Source: an uncultured Gammaproteobacteria bacterium
GTDB lineage: Bacteria; Pseudomonadota; Gammaproteobacteria; Steroidobacterales; Rariloculaceae
Direction of reading: 5' to 3'
DNA: 64,000 bases
Assembly: GCA_964503125.1 (NCBI GenBank)
Contig: CAZCZE010000064.1
Location: 64,052 to 128,051, forward strand
In this document: positions 27,221 through 36,080 of the stretch, in pieces
Layout: every line of letters starts with the position of its first letter
Position numbering within the stretch: the first letter of the stretch is position 1
Translations under genes and position numbers: made by a program
Notes under the pieces: model-generated
Database searches by the model: none
Told to the model about the DNA's origin: nothing
What the model saw: the letters and a program-made list of their open reading frames with translations, nothing else

Positions 27221-28240
27221 TCATTGTACCGCGCCGCGCGCGCTCAACCGAATCCGATACAACGTCGTGCGCCCCGTGATGTACAGCGTGCGGCCGTCGG
27301 CGCCCCAGCCCACGTTCGTCAGCGCCTCGTCGGGCCGTATCGTGCCCAAATGCGTGCCGTCGGGCGAGAGGATCCAGACGCCGCCGGGCCCCGTCGCATA
27401 GACGTTGCCCGCGAGATCCACCTTCATGCCATCGGCGCCGCCCAAACCTTCGACGCCCGTGATGTCGAAGAACACGCGCTTGTTCGACAGGCCGCTGGCA
27501 CTGAGATCGTACGCCATCCAGCCCGTCACGGCGCCGCCAGAATTGGCGACATAGAGAATCGATTCGTCGGGCGATAGCACCAGCCCGTTCGGGCGCTCCT
27601 GCTCGCGCGTCAGAAGCTGGAGCTCGCCGCTGGGCCGCAAGCGATAGACGCCGTTGAACGTGAGCTCGCGCAGCGGCGAATTGTCCATGCCTTCGAGGCC
27701 GAACGACGGATCGGTGAAGTACACGGTGCCGTCACGCGCGACGATGAGGTCGTTCGGGCTGTTGAGCCGTTTGCCTTCGAAGCGCTCGGCGAGCGTCGTG
27801 AGCGTACCGTCCTTCTCGAGCCGCACTACCGAGCGGCTGCCGTAGACGCAGACGAGCAGCCGGCCCTCTGCATCGAGCGCGACGCCGTTGGGGCCGACAC
27901 CGCGCAGACCGGTACCGTCGCCATGGAAGAAGGGCCGCACGTAGTCGGTCGGGCCTTCGGCCATCGTCCACTGGTAGATGGCGTTGCCGCGCAAATCGGA
28001 ATAGAGCAGCCGCGACTCTTCGCGGAGCCAGACGGGCCCTTCGAGGAACACGAAGCCCTCGGCGAGCTTCTCGATGGTCGCGCCCGCGGGCACGAGCGCA
28101 TCGAAGCGCGGATCGAGGCGGACGATGACGCCGGCGCCGGCCGGCGTCTCCGTTTGGGCCGCCGTCGGAATTGCCACGAGCAGAGCGAGGCCCACCGCAC
28201 AAGTGGCCACGAGATTCGCCGGACGCAAGCAGGGCCGCAT
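27221..28240 (-). CDS. SMP-30/gluconolactonase/LRE family protein (secreted)
   Basis: 339 aa with a signal peptide. Blocks LEGPVW, NSPNDLIVARDGTVYFTDP, PNGLVLSPDESILYVANS and DGMKVDLAGNVY. Confidence 0.9.
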   Translation of the reverse strand: MRPCLRPANLVATCAVGLALLVAIPTAAQTETPAGAGVIVRLDPRFDALVPAGATIEKLAEGFVFLEGPVWLREESRLLYSDLRGNAIYQWTMAEGPTDYVRPFFHGDGTGLRGVGPNGVALDAEGRLLVCVYGSRSVVRLEKDGTLTTLAERFEGKRLNSPNDLIVARDGTVYFTDPSFGLEGMDNSPLRELTFNGVYRLRPSGELQLLTREQERPNGLVLSPDESILYVANSGGAVTGWMAYDLSASGLSNKRVFFDITGVEGLGGADGMKVDLAGNVYATGPGGVWILSPDGTHLGTIRPDEALTNVGWGADGRTLYITGRTTLYRIRLSARGAVQ

Positions 28241-28378
28241 GCCGAGCTCCTCGCGCTTAAGAGCGCACCCTACTCCTATGCTAGCGCAATAGTGCTCGCA
28301 CGGGCGAAATCGCAGCGTTTAAGCGAACGCTATACTGGCAGTCATTCGAGCACCGCTTCTTCGAGTCCATCGCACACC

Positions 28379-29473
28379 ATGCCGGCCCGCTTTCTATTCG
28401 CCGCAACGCAAGCGGGCGCCGAGCGGGCGCTCAAGAACGAAGTCGCCCGCGACCAGCCCAAGCTGCGGTTCGCGTTCTCGCGGCCCGGCTTCGTCACGTT
28501 TCGCCTGCCCGACGGCTCCGCCAATGACTTGAGGCTCGACTGCGTGTTCGCGCGCACCTGGGGCTACTCGCTCGGCAAAGCGAGCGCCGACGACGACGCG
28601 CTGCTCGCGCGCGAAGCCTGGCGGCTCGTCGCCACGCACCTTCCGAGCGACGTAGCGAGCGGGCTCCGTCACCTGCACGTCTGGCAGCGCGACCGCGCGT
28701 TGCCCGGCGACGAAGGCTACGACCCGGCGTCGGCCGAGCTCGAACGCGCGGTCGGCGCCGCGTTGCTGGAGCAGCGGCCCCGGCCGGATCCCGCTACGCA
28801 ACCGGCCGTCAACGTCGCAACCGCCAAGGGCGAGCTCGTACTCGATTGCGTGCTCGTCGAGCGGAACGAATGGTGGCTCGGTTGGCACCGCGCGGCGTCG
28901 CCCGAGACGCGCTGGCCCGGCGGCGTGCCGCCGCTCGCGTTACCGCAGCGCCTCGTCTCGCGCGCGTATCTCAAGATGGTCGAGGCGCTCGACTGGTCCG
29001 AGCTGCCCGTCGCGGCCGGCGACCGTTGCATCGAGATCGGCAGCTCGCCGGGCGGCTCGTGCCTCGCGCTGCTCGAGCGCGGGCTCTTGGTGACCGGCAT
29101 CGACCCGGCCGAGATGGACGCTGCCGTGCTCGCGCACCCGAATTTCACGCACGTGCGCGCGCGAGCCAAGGAGGTCAAACGCAGCGTGTTCCGCGACTGC
29201 CGCTGGCTCGTCATGGACGCCAACGTCGCGCCGAGCTACACGCTCGACACGCTCGACGGGCTGCTCACTCAGGCCGGCGTCCGGCCCAAGGGCCTCGTGC
29301 TGACGCTCAAGCTCACGGACCCGAAGCTCGCGGAGAAGCTGCCGGCCATCGCCGAGCGCATCCGCGGTTACGGCTACCGCCGTGTGCGCATGCGCCAGCT
29401 CGCGTTCAATCGCCAGGAGGTCTGCGCCGTGGCAACCGACCCCGTCCCGCGGCCGGAGCGCGACTCGTTATGA
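28379..29473 (+). CDS. SAM-dependent RNA methyltransferase, RlmM/FtsJ-like
   Basis: ATG at 28379 within the 27923..29473 ORF. THUMP-like N-terminal half. LVSRAYLKMVEAL...DRCIEIGSSPGGSCLALLERGLLVTGIDPAEMD resembles the RlmM/FtsJ SAM-binding region. Confidence 0.75.
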   Translation: MPARFLFAATQAGAERALKNEVARDQPKLRFAFSRPGFVTFRLPDGSANDLRLDCVFARTWGYSLGKASADDDALLAREAWRLVATHLPSDVASGLRHLHVWQRDRALPGDEGYDPASAELERAVGAALLEQRPRPDPATQPAVNVATAKGELVLDCVLVERNEWWLGWHRAASPETRWPGGVPPLALPQRLVSRAYLKMVEALDWSELPVAAGDRCIEIGSSPGGSCLALLERGLLVTGIDPAEMDAAVLAHPNFTHVRARAKEVKRSVFRDCRWLVMDANVAPSYTLDTLDGLLTQAGVRPKGLVLTLKLTDPKLAEKLPAIAERIRGYGYRRVRMRQLAFNRQEVCAVATDPVPRPERDSL

Positions 29474-30073
29474 TGGCGCCTACGGAGGTGCTGCCGATGG
29501 CGATCCGAATGCTGTCCTTGACGTTGGCTTGGGCCGCGCGTCGGCTTGAAGCAGCGCTTCACGCCGCGCGGGTGCAGGGGCCGCGCATCGTCATCGAGCT
29601 GCCCAACTCGGAGAACCACGTGCACACGATCACGCGCGACCCCGCGAACGATCATGGTGAAGCGTGGCTCGGTTTGACGTATCGCGAGACCGTGACGGCG
29701 GCCGAGCGCTCGGCCGCAGCGCGGCGTACAGCCGAGGAGGCGCACTCATGCCGGCGACTGCCGACTCGTTTCTACGTGCTATCCGCCGAAATCAGGTTTG
29801 CGCCGATCCACTTCGCCTGCGCTGCTTCGTCGACCTCTCCGGCTGCTAGCGCCAGAATCGTTCGGATCGCATCGATCCGGTCGGCACGTGTCCGAGCGCG
29901 GCGCGGGCCTCATGATGCAAGCAGCTCCGACCGAGCGCCTAGAAGATCGCCGTGAGATCGCCGAGGCCCGCAGACAGCGGTAGCTTCGAAAGAGTTCGAT
30001 GTCCTGACGACAACGCTCTACCAGGCGCGGTCAGCCGGTCCACTTCGAGGATGGCGGGGGTGTAAACCTCCGT

Positions 30074-30829
30074 TCACGTCGATGACAGAACGACTTGGCC
30101 CGTGGAAAAGGGCATCAGGCGATCGGTTTCTTTCCGGACCACCGCGTAACACTCGCAACTGAGCTTCTCGATCACGGCTCGGTCCAGCACCGTGATCCGA
30201 CCTCGCGTATACGTGATACCGCCTTGCTTCTGCAAACTGCCGGCGGCTTCCGTGACGCCTTCGCGGCGCACACCAAGCATGTTCGCCATGAGTTCCTGGG
30301 TCATAAATAGCTGGTCTCCCGTCACACGATCCAGGCAAAGCAGCAGCCAACGGCACAGCTGCTGTTCAACCGAGTGGTGCCGGTTGCAGACCGCAGTCTG
30401 GGTCATCTGCGTGATCAACGCCTGCATGTAGCGCAGCAGCAGGATCTGCATGCCGCTCTGGCGATGGAACTCCTTCTTGAACAGATCTGCGGCCAGACGG
30501 TACCCGTGACCAGCGCTCTGCACCATCGCCTGACTGGGAGTGCTGTCGCCGCCCATGAGCAACGCCATGCCGACGAAACCTTCGTTTCCCACCACCGAGA
30601 CTTCCGCCGACGCTCCGTTTTCCATCACATACAACAGCGACACGATCGAGTCGATGGGAAAATAGACGTACCGCATTGCATCGCCGGATTCGTACAAAAC
30701 CTTGCCATATGGCAGATCGATCAGTTCGAGGTTGGGGAACAGACGGCTTTGCACTTCGGCCGGCAGCGCCGCCAGAAGATGATTTTGCTGGGGTTTGTGC
30801 TGCTCAGCCATCTCGTAACGGTCCTTCAA
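30074..30829 (-). CDS. Crp/Fnr family transcriptional regulator
   Basis: 251 aa; the start may instead be MAEQHK at 30811. cNMP-binding-like beta-roll (YVYFPIDSIVSLLYVMENGASAEVSVVGNEGFVG) and C-terminal HTH (TQELMANMLGVRREGVTEAAGSLQKQGGI). Visibly lower GC than its surroundings. Confidence 0.9.
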   Translation of the reverse strand: MKDRYEMAEQHKPQQNHLLAALPAEVQSRLFPNLELIDLPYGKVLYESGDAMRYVYFPIDSIVSLLYVMENGASAEVSVVGNEGFVGMALLMGGDSTPSQAMVQSAGHGYRLAADLFKKEFHRQSGMQILLLRYMQALITQMTQTAVCNRHHSVEQQLCRWLLLCLDRVTGDQLFMTQELMANMLGVRREGVTEAAGSLQKQGGITYTRGRITVLDRAVIEKLSCECYAVVRKETDRLMPFSTGQVVLSST

Positions 30830-30837
30830 CAGCCCGC

Positions 30838-31032
30838 GAAAAAATCACGGTCTCGTTTGATTTCGGCTTGACGCTGCGTGGAAAGGGCGTGCGCTCCCCC
30901 ACTCTCACGTCGTCAGCGACGCATTCGAAGATCCAGCGCGCCGTGCTCCCGCCAGGTCTTGCCCATCTTTCCTGAGGCGCGACGATAAGCTTCCAGAGTC
31001 TTCCTGGGCACGGGCACGATGTATCCAACGGT
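30838..31032 (-). pseudogene. frameshifted, truncated DUF1428-like gene remnant
   Basis: One minus-strand frame reads ...GYIVPVPRKTLEAYRRASGKMGKTWREHGALDLRMRR*. A second frame continues ...ECVADDVRVGERTPFPRSVKPKSNETVIFS.... Joined at about 30925..30930 they resemble the DUF1428 pattern (DGFV.PVP...Y...A..A..vW.EhGAL...EC.gDDV..G..T.F.rAVkak..EtVVFS). There is no start codon at the expected place, and the 3' end abuts the Crp gene. Confidence 0.5.
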
Positions 31033-31338
31033 ACTCGCGCTCGGTCGGCTTGATCTGTGCGGAAGGACACCTAGCGGCGCCAGGTCGAGATCTCGACCAT
31101 TGGCTGATCAGTAGTGAGACGCGGCTGCGGCAGCATGGAATCCGTGCTCGAGCCGTCCACACTTCAGATACCCTTCGAATTCTTCCCGATCGACGCTCGC
31201 CCCCCTCCTCGACGCTCCGCGTCAGGGCGCCGCGGCGAACGACGTCGAGCAAGAACTCGCTGCCTCGCCGTTGGGGTCGAATCGCTCGCGGATGCGCTCC
31301 TTGGCGCACGAAGCGGCCACTCCTTTAATATGTGAGGT

Positions 31339-32286
31339 GTGAGCTCGAAAACACTCGATCGCCGCCGACTCCTCGCCGCCGCCCTTGGAGCGGGCGCGGC
31401 CGCCGCGGTGGGCGCGGCTTGGCGGCGCGCCACGGACGCGCAGGCGGCCGCCGCAACGTTCGCGGAGACGCCACTGCGCGGGGGCATGACCGTGATCACG
31501 GGCGCCGGCAGCAACGTCGTCGTGCTGCGCACCGCAACGAGCGCCGCGCTCGTCGACAGCGGCCCACCCGAGCACGCGGCCGAGATCAAGAAGTTCGTGG
31601 GCGCGTTACCCGTCGAGCTCCTGTTCAACACGCACTGGCATCCCCTGCACACGGGCGGCAACGAGACGCTGCGCGGACCCGATACGACGATCGTCGCCCA
31701 CGAGCTCACGCGGCTCTGGATGAGCACCGAGTACTACGTCGACTGGGAAGACCGTACCTATTCGCCCCGCGCGGCCGCCGCGCTGCCGACGAAGACGTTC
31801 TACGCCTCGGATCCGCAGCCGATCGCGGCGCACAGCGGCGACGAGGAGATCGAATACGCGCATTTGCCCGAGGCGCACACCGACGGCGACATCTACGTCT
31901 GGTTCAAGCGGAGTAACGTGCTCGCCGCAGGCGGCACGGTGACGGCCGGGGCCTATCCTGTGCCGGACCATGCCACGGGCGGCTGGATCGGCGGGCTTGC
32001 GGCCGCGACCGAGAGGCTGCTCGCCATCGCCGATGCCGACACACTCATCGTGCCTGCGGCGGGGCCCGTGCAACGGCGCGCACATCTCGAGAAGCAGCTC
32101 GCGATGCTGGCCGAAATGCGCGACCGCATCGAGGCCCACATGCGCAAAGGCCACAGCGTCGCCGAAATGCTCGCCGCGAACGTGACCGACGGATTCGACG
32201 CCTATTGGGGAGCGGACCGCGACCGGTTCGTCGCCAACGTGTACGAAGGGCTGTGGTGGGCCGGGAGGCTGCGTGACTCGCTTTGA
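31339..32286 (+). CDS. Tat-exported MBL-fold protein (motif HWHPLH), paralog of 9377..10285
   Basis: 315 aa. Tat-type signal LDRRRLLAAALGAGAAAAVGAA. FNTHWHPLHTGGN at 31633..31650 and EAHTDGDIYVWF. Confidence 0.85.
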   Translation: MSSKTLDRRRLLAAALGAGAAAAVGAAWRRATDAQAAAATFAETPLRGGMTVITGAGSNVVVLRTATSAALVDSGPPEHAAEIKKFVGALPVELLFNTHWHPLHTGGNETLRGPDTTIVAHELTRLWMSTEYYVDWEDRTYSPRAAAALPTKTFYASDPQPIAAHSGDEEIEYAHLPEAHTDGDIYVWFKRSNVLAAGGTVTAGAYPVPDHATGGWIGGLAAATERLLAIADADTLIVPAAGPVQRRAHLEKQLAMLAEMRDRIEAHMRKGHSVAEMLAANVTDGFDAYWGADRDRFVANVYEGLWWAGRLRDSL

Positions 32287-34732
32287 TCGACGCGCTTCCG
32301 GTTTCGCCGCGCTCGGCGGTGTGATGCTGCTCGCCGGCTGCGCCGAGCCGCCGCCCGAGCAGGCCGTCGCGCAGCACGTCGCGACGTTCGGCCGCTTCTG
32401 CACCGACTGCCACAACGACGCGGAGCGTGCGGGCGAGCTGTCGCTCGAGTCCGTCACGGCCGCCGACGTCGCGGCCAAGCCCGAAGTCTTCGAGCAGGTC
32501 GTCCGTAAGCTGCGCGGCGGCCTCATGCCGCCGCCGGGCGAGCCGCGACCCGGCGCCGACGAAGCGCACGAGCTCGTCGTCGCGCTCGAGCGCTACCTCG
32601 ACGAGACCGCCGCGGCGCGCGGCCTCAACCCCGGCCGCGTCGCGCTGCATCGCATGAACCGCACCGAATACGCCGCCGCCGTCGAGCAGCTGCTCGGCCT
32701 GCGCATCGACGCGCGCTCGATGCTGCCCGCCGACATGGCGAGCGAAGGCTTCGACAACGTCGCCGAGGTGCTGCGCGTGACGCCCACGCACATCGAGCAG
32801 TACGTGGCGGCCGCGCGCGACATCAGCATCATGGCCGTCGGGGAGAAGACGCCCGCACCGACGCGCGCAGACTATCGCTCGGAGCGGGGGCTGCGCACCG
32901 CGCACGTCGACGGGCTGCCGCTCGGCACGCGCGACGGCCTGCTCGTCGAGCACAACTTCCCGGCCGACGGCAGGTATCTGATCAACCTCAACATCTCGTC
33001 GATTCCGGGCTCGGAGCTGCGCGGCTACCCTTACGGCTGGCTCGAGTACGAGCACGCGGTCGCGGTCACCATCGACGGCGCCAAAGTATTCGCCGGCAAC
33101 ATCGGCGGCGAGGTCGACTCGAAGGCGCTCGATCAAGGCCAGATCAGGGAGGTCGAGGCGATCAAGAATCGCTTCCGCAACATCCCCGTCACCGTCAGAG
33201 CCGGCCGGCGCAGCGTCGGCGCGGCGTTCGTCGCGCGCAGCTTCGCCGAAGGCGATTACCTCTTGCAGTCGCTCGTGCCCGGCGAGGGCGTGCCCGACAT
33301 TCCCCGCCTCTACGGCATGGAGATCATCGGGCCTTACGACCCGACCGGCATCGCCGAGCCCACCGAAAGCCGCGCGCGCATCTTCAGCTGCTACCCGCAG
33401 AACGCGAGCGCGGACGCGGGCAGGGATGCCCGCGGTAGAGCAACGCAGGGAGCAGTTGCCGAGCAGCCTTGCGCGACCGAGATTCTCACGAGCTTGGCGC
33501 GCGGTGCGTTCCGCCGGCCCGTGACGAGCGAGGACGTCGAGCCCGCGCTCAAGTTCTACGCCGAGGGCTATGCCGAGGGCGGCTTCGAGACCGGCATCCA
33601 AAAAGGCCTCATGGCGATCCTCGCGAGCACCAAGTTCCTCTACCGCGCCGAGCCCGGCGCACCGCCGGCAGATCTACCGGAGGGGTCGCCGTACGCTGTG
33701 AGCGATCTCGAGCTCGCGTGGCGGCTGTCGTTTTTCCTCTGGAGCCAAGGCCCCGACGAGACGCTGCTCACGCTCGCCAACGACGGCACGCTGCACGAGC
33801 CCGAGATGCTCGAGCGGCAGGTTCGTCGCATGCTCGCCGACGGGCGCTCGCGCTCGCTCGTGACGAACTTTGCGTTCCAGTGGCTCGGCGTGCGCCGGCT
33901 CGAGGCCATCGATCCAGATCCGCGGCTGTATCCGAACTTCGACGAGGATCTGCGCCGCGCCTTCGTCAAGGAGATGGAGCTCTACCTCGACAGCGTCCTG
34001 CGCAGCGACTCGAGCGTCGTCGATCTGCTGACGGCGCAGCACACGTTCGTCAACGAGCGGCTCGCGCGACACTACGGCTTGCCGAACGTGCGCGGCGATC
34101 AGTTCCGCCGCGTCGAGCTCGACGACGCGCGGCGATTCGGGCTGTTCGGCAAGGGCAGCGTGCTCATGGTCACGTCGTATCCCGACCGCACCTCACCCGT
34201 GCTGCGCGGCGCGTGGATCATGGACCAGATCCTCGCCGCGCCGCCGAACCCGCCGCCGCCCGGCGTCGAGACGGACTTGGCGCCCTTCGGCGACGTGCCG
34301 AAATCCGTGCGCGAGCGGCTCGCGCTGCACCGCACGCAGACGTCGTGCAACCAGTGCCACGGCGTCATCGATCCGCTGGGCCAAGCCCTCGAGAACTTCA
34401 ACGTCATCGGCGAGTGGCGCGAGCGCGAGCGCGACAGCGGCGTGCGCGTCGACTCGACGGGCGTCACATCGACGGGCCAGCCCGTCAACAGCCCCACGGA
34501 GCTGCGCGCGGCGCTGACCGCGGATCCCACGCTGTTCGTGCACGCGCTGACCGAGAAGCTGTTCACGTTCGCGCTGGGGCGCGGCCTCACGCATTACGAC
34601 ATGCCCGTCGTGCGCCGCATCGTGGCGGACGCGGAGCGTGAGGGCTATAGTTTCGAGTCGATCGTGTTGGGTTTAGCTCGGAGCGTGCCGTTCCGGATGC
34701 GGGGCACACCCGAGGAACCGGCAGGAGGCTGA
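32273..34732 (+). CDS. DUF1592/DUF1588-type protein with two CxxCH motifs (copy 2, lipoprotein-like)
   Basis: 819 aa. GTG start overlaps the MBL gene by 14 nt. Lipobox-like VMLLAGC. CTDCH at 32399..32413 and CNQCH at 34346..34360. Same conserved blocks as copy 1 (LAWRLSFFLWSQGPDETLL, FVNERLARHYG, SPVLRGAWIMDQIL). Confidence 0.9.
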   Translation: MTRFDRRASGFAALGGVMLLAGCAEPPPEQAVAQHVATFGRFCTDCHNDAERAGELSLESVTAADVAAKPEVFEQVVRKLRGGLMPPPGEPRPGADEAHELVVALERYLDETAAARGLNPGRVALHRMNRTEYAAAVEQLLGLRIDARSMLPADMASEGFDNVAEVLRVTPTHIEQYVAAARDISIMAVGEKTPAPTRADYRSERGLRTAHVDGLPLGTRDGLLVEHNFPADGRYLINLNISSIPGSELRGYPYGWLEYEHAVAVTIDGAKVFAGNIGGEVDSKALDQGQIREVEAIKNRFRNIPVTVRAGRRSVGAAFVARSFAEGDYLLQSLVPGEGVPDIPRLYGMEIIGPYDPTGIAEPTESRARIFSCYPQNASADAGRDARGRATQGAVAEQPCATEILTSLARGAFRRPVTSEDVEPALKFYAEGYAEGGFETGIQKGLMAILASTKFLYRAEPGAPPADLPEGSPYAVSDLELAWRLSFFLWSQGPDETLLTLANDGTLHEPEMLERQVRRMLADGRSRSLVTNFAFQWLGVRRLEAIDPDPRLYPNFDEDLRRAFVKEMELYLDSVLRSDSSVVDLLTAQHTFVNERLARHYGLPNVRGDQFRRVELDDARRFGLFGKGSVLMVTSYPDRTSPVLRGAWIMDQILAAPPNPPPPGVETDLAPFGDVPKSVRERLALHRTQTSCNQCHGVIDPLGQALENFNVIGEWRERERDSGVRVDSTGVTSTGQPVNSPTELRAALTADPTLFVHALTEKLFTFALGRGLTHYDMPVVRRIVADAEREGYSFESIVLGLARSVPFRMRGTPEEPAGG

Positions 34733-34733
34733 G

Positions 34734-36080
34734 ATGTTCATCACCAAGAAGCACTTGTCGCGACGGACACTGCTCAGGAGCGGTACCGCCGCGATCGGCT
34801 TGCCGCTGCTCTCCGCCATGGTGCCGGCGGCCACCGCGCTCGCGCAGACGGCCGCGGCCCCGAAACCGCGCATGGGCTTCTTCTACCTGCCGCACGGCGC
34901 GATCATGAACAACACGCGCTTCGGCGCGGAGATGAATCGCTGGACGCCCGACGCCGTCGGCCGCAACTTCGACTTGAAACCGATCCTCGAGCCGTTCAGG
35001 CCGTTGCAGAAATACCTGACCGTCGTCAGCGGCCTCGGCAACAAGCCCGCCGAGAGCTCCGCCGTGCACGCGATCGTGCCGGCCACGTGGCTGTCGTGCG
35101 CGCATCCGCGCCAGAGCCACGCGCCGTTCGGCGGCGTCACGATCGATCAGATCGCGGCACGGCACATCGGCCAGGAGACGCCGCTGCCCTCGCTCGAGGT
35201 GGCGACCGAGGAGGAAGGCGGCGGCGCCGCCTGCGATGGCACCTACGGCTGTAGCTACGGCCGCACCCTCTCGTTTCGCACGCCGACGACGCCGTTACCG
35301 ATGGAGTTCGAGCCGCGCAGGGCGTTCGAGAAAATCTTCGGCCGCGGCAAGAGTGACGCCGAGCGCCGCGCCGTGTCCGGCGACTATCAGAGCCTGCTCG
35401 ACATGGTGCTCGCCGAAGCGAACGCCTTGAAGGGCACGCTTGGTGGCGAGGACCGCGCGCTCGTCGACGACTATCTCGACAGCGTGCGCGAGATCGAGCG
35501 GCGGCTCACGCTGCTCGGCCAGCGCGATCTCACGACGATCGACCTGCCCGACGTGCCCGTCGCGCGGCCGAGCTTCGACGATCTCATTCGCTTGCAATTC
35601 GACCTCATCGTCGCCGCGTTCCAGGCCAACATGACGCGTATCGCGAGCTTCATGATGGCCGCCGAGGTCAGCAACCAATCGTACGCGCACGTGGGCGTGC
35701 CCGATGCGTTCCATCCGGTCTCGCATCACGCCGACAACAAGGCGTCGATGGAGAAGCTCGTGCTCATCCAGCGCTATCACACGCAGGTGTTCGCCGATTT
35801 CATGACGAAGCTGTCGAAGGTCCCCGACGGCGACGCGGGGTCGATCCTCGACAACTCGATTTTTCTGTACGGCAGCAACATGAGTAACAGCAACCAGCAC
35901 AATCAGTTTCCGTTGCCGACGCTCGTGTTCGGCGGCGGCGCCGGCGCGATCAAGGGCAATCAGCACCTCGTCTATCCCGACCGCACGCCCCTCGCGAACT
36001 TGCTGTTCACGCTCCTGCTACGCGCAGGCGTGCCCGTCGACAAGGTCGGCGACAGCACGGGTGAGCTCGCCGAGGTTTAG
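34734..36080 (+). CDS. DUF1552 (HXXSHH) domain protein, Tat signal (copy 2)
   Basis: 448 aa. MFITKKHLSRRTLLRSGTAAIGLPLL start and an HPVSHH motif. Starts 1 nt after the DUF1592 stop. Collinear with copy 1 along its whole length. Confidence 0.9.
   Translation: MFITKKHLSRRTLLRSGTAAIGLPLLSAMVPAATALAQTAAAPKPRMGFFYLPHGAIMNNTRFGAEMNRWTPDAVGRNFDLKPILEPFRPLQKYLTVVSGLGNKPAESSAVHAIVPATWLSCAHPRQSHAPFGGVTIDQIAARHIGQETPLPSLEVATEEEGGGAACDGTYGCSYGRTLSFRTPTTPLPMEFEPRRAFEKIFGRGKSDAERRAVSGDYQSLLDMVLAEANALKGTLGGEDRALVDDYLDSVREIERRLTLLGQRDLTTIDLPDVPVARPSFDDLIRLQFDLIVAAFQANMTRIASFMMAAEVSNQSYAHVGVPDAFHPVSHHADNKASMEKLVLIQRYHTQVFADFMTKLSKVPDGDAGSILDNSIFLYGSNMSNSNQHNQFPLPTLVFGGGAGAIKGNQHLVYPDRTPLANLLFTLLLRAGVPVDKVGDSTGELAEV

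Noticed and set aside
29470-29955. ORF continuing from the methyltransferase stop (MMAPTEVLPMAIRM..., part of the 28846..29955 frame).
   Set aside because: The first ~90 codons have coding-like third positions, but no motif, RBS or signal. The distal half becomes Ser/Ala/Arg-rich and coincides with the composition change. It could be a small real gene, but I cannot support it.
30905-31309. 134-aa and 187-aa ORFs (30905..31309, 31164..31727) in the low-GC patch.
   Set aside because: Both are Arg/Ser-rich with no motifs. The first overlaps the better-supported two-frame DUF1428 remnant. The second is antisense to the Tat-signal region of the MBL gene.
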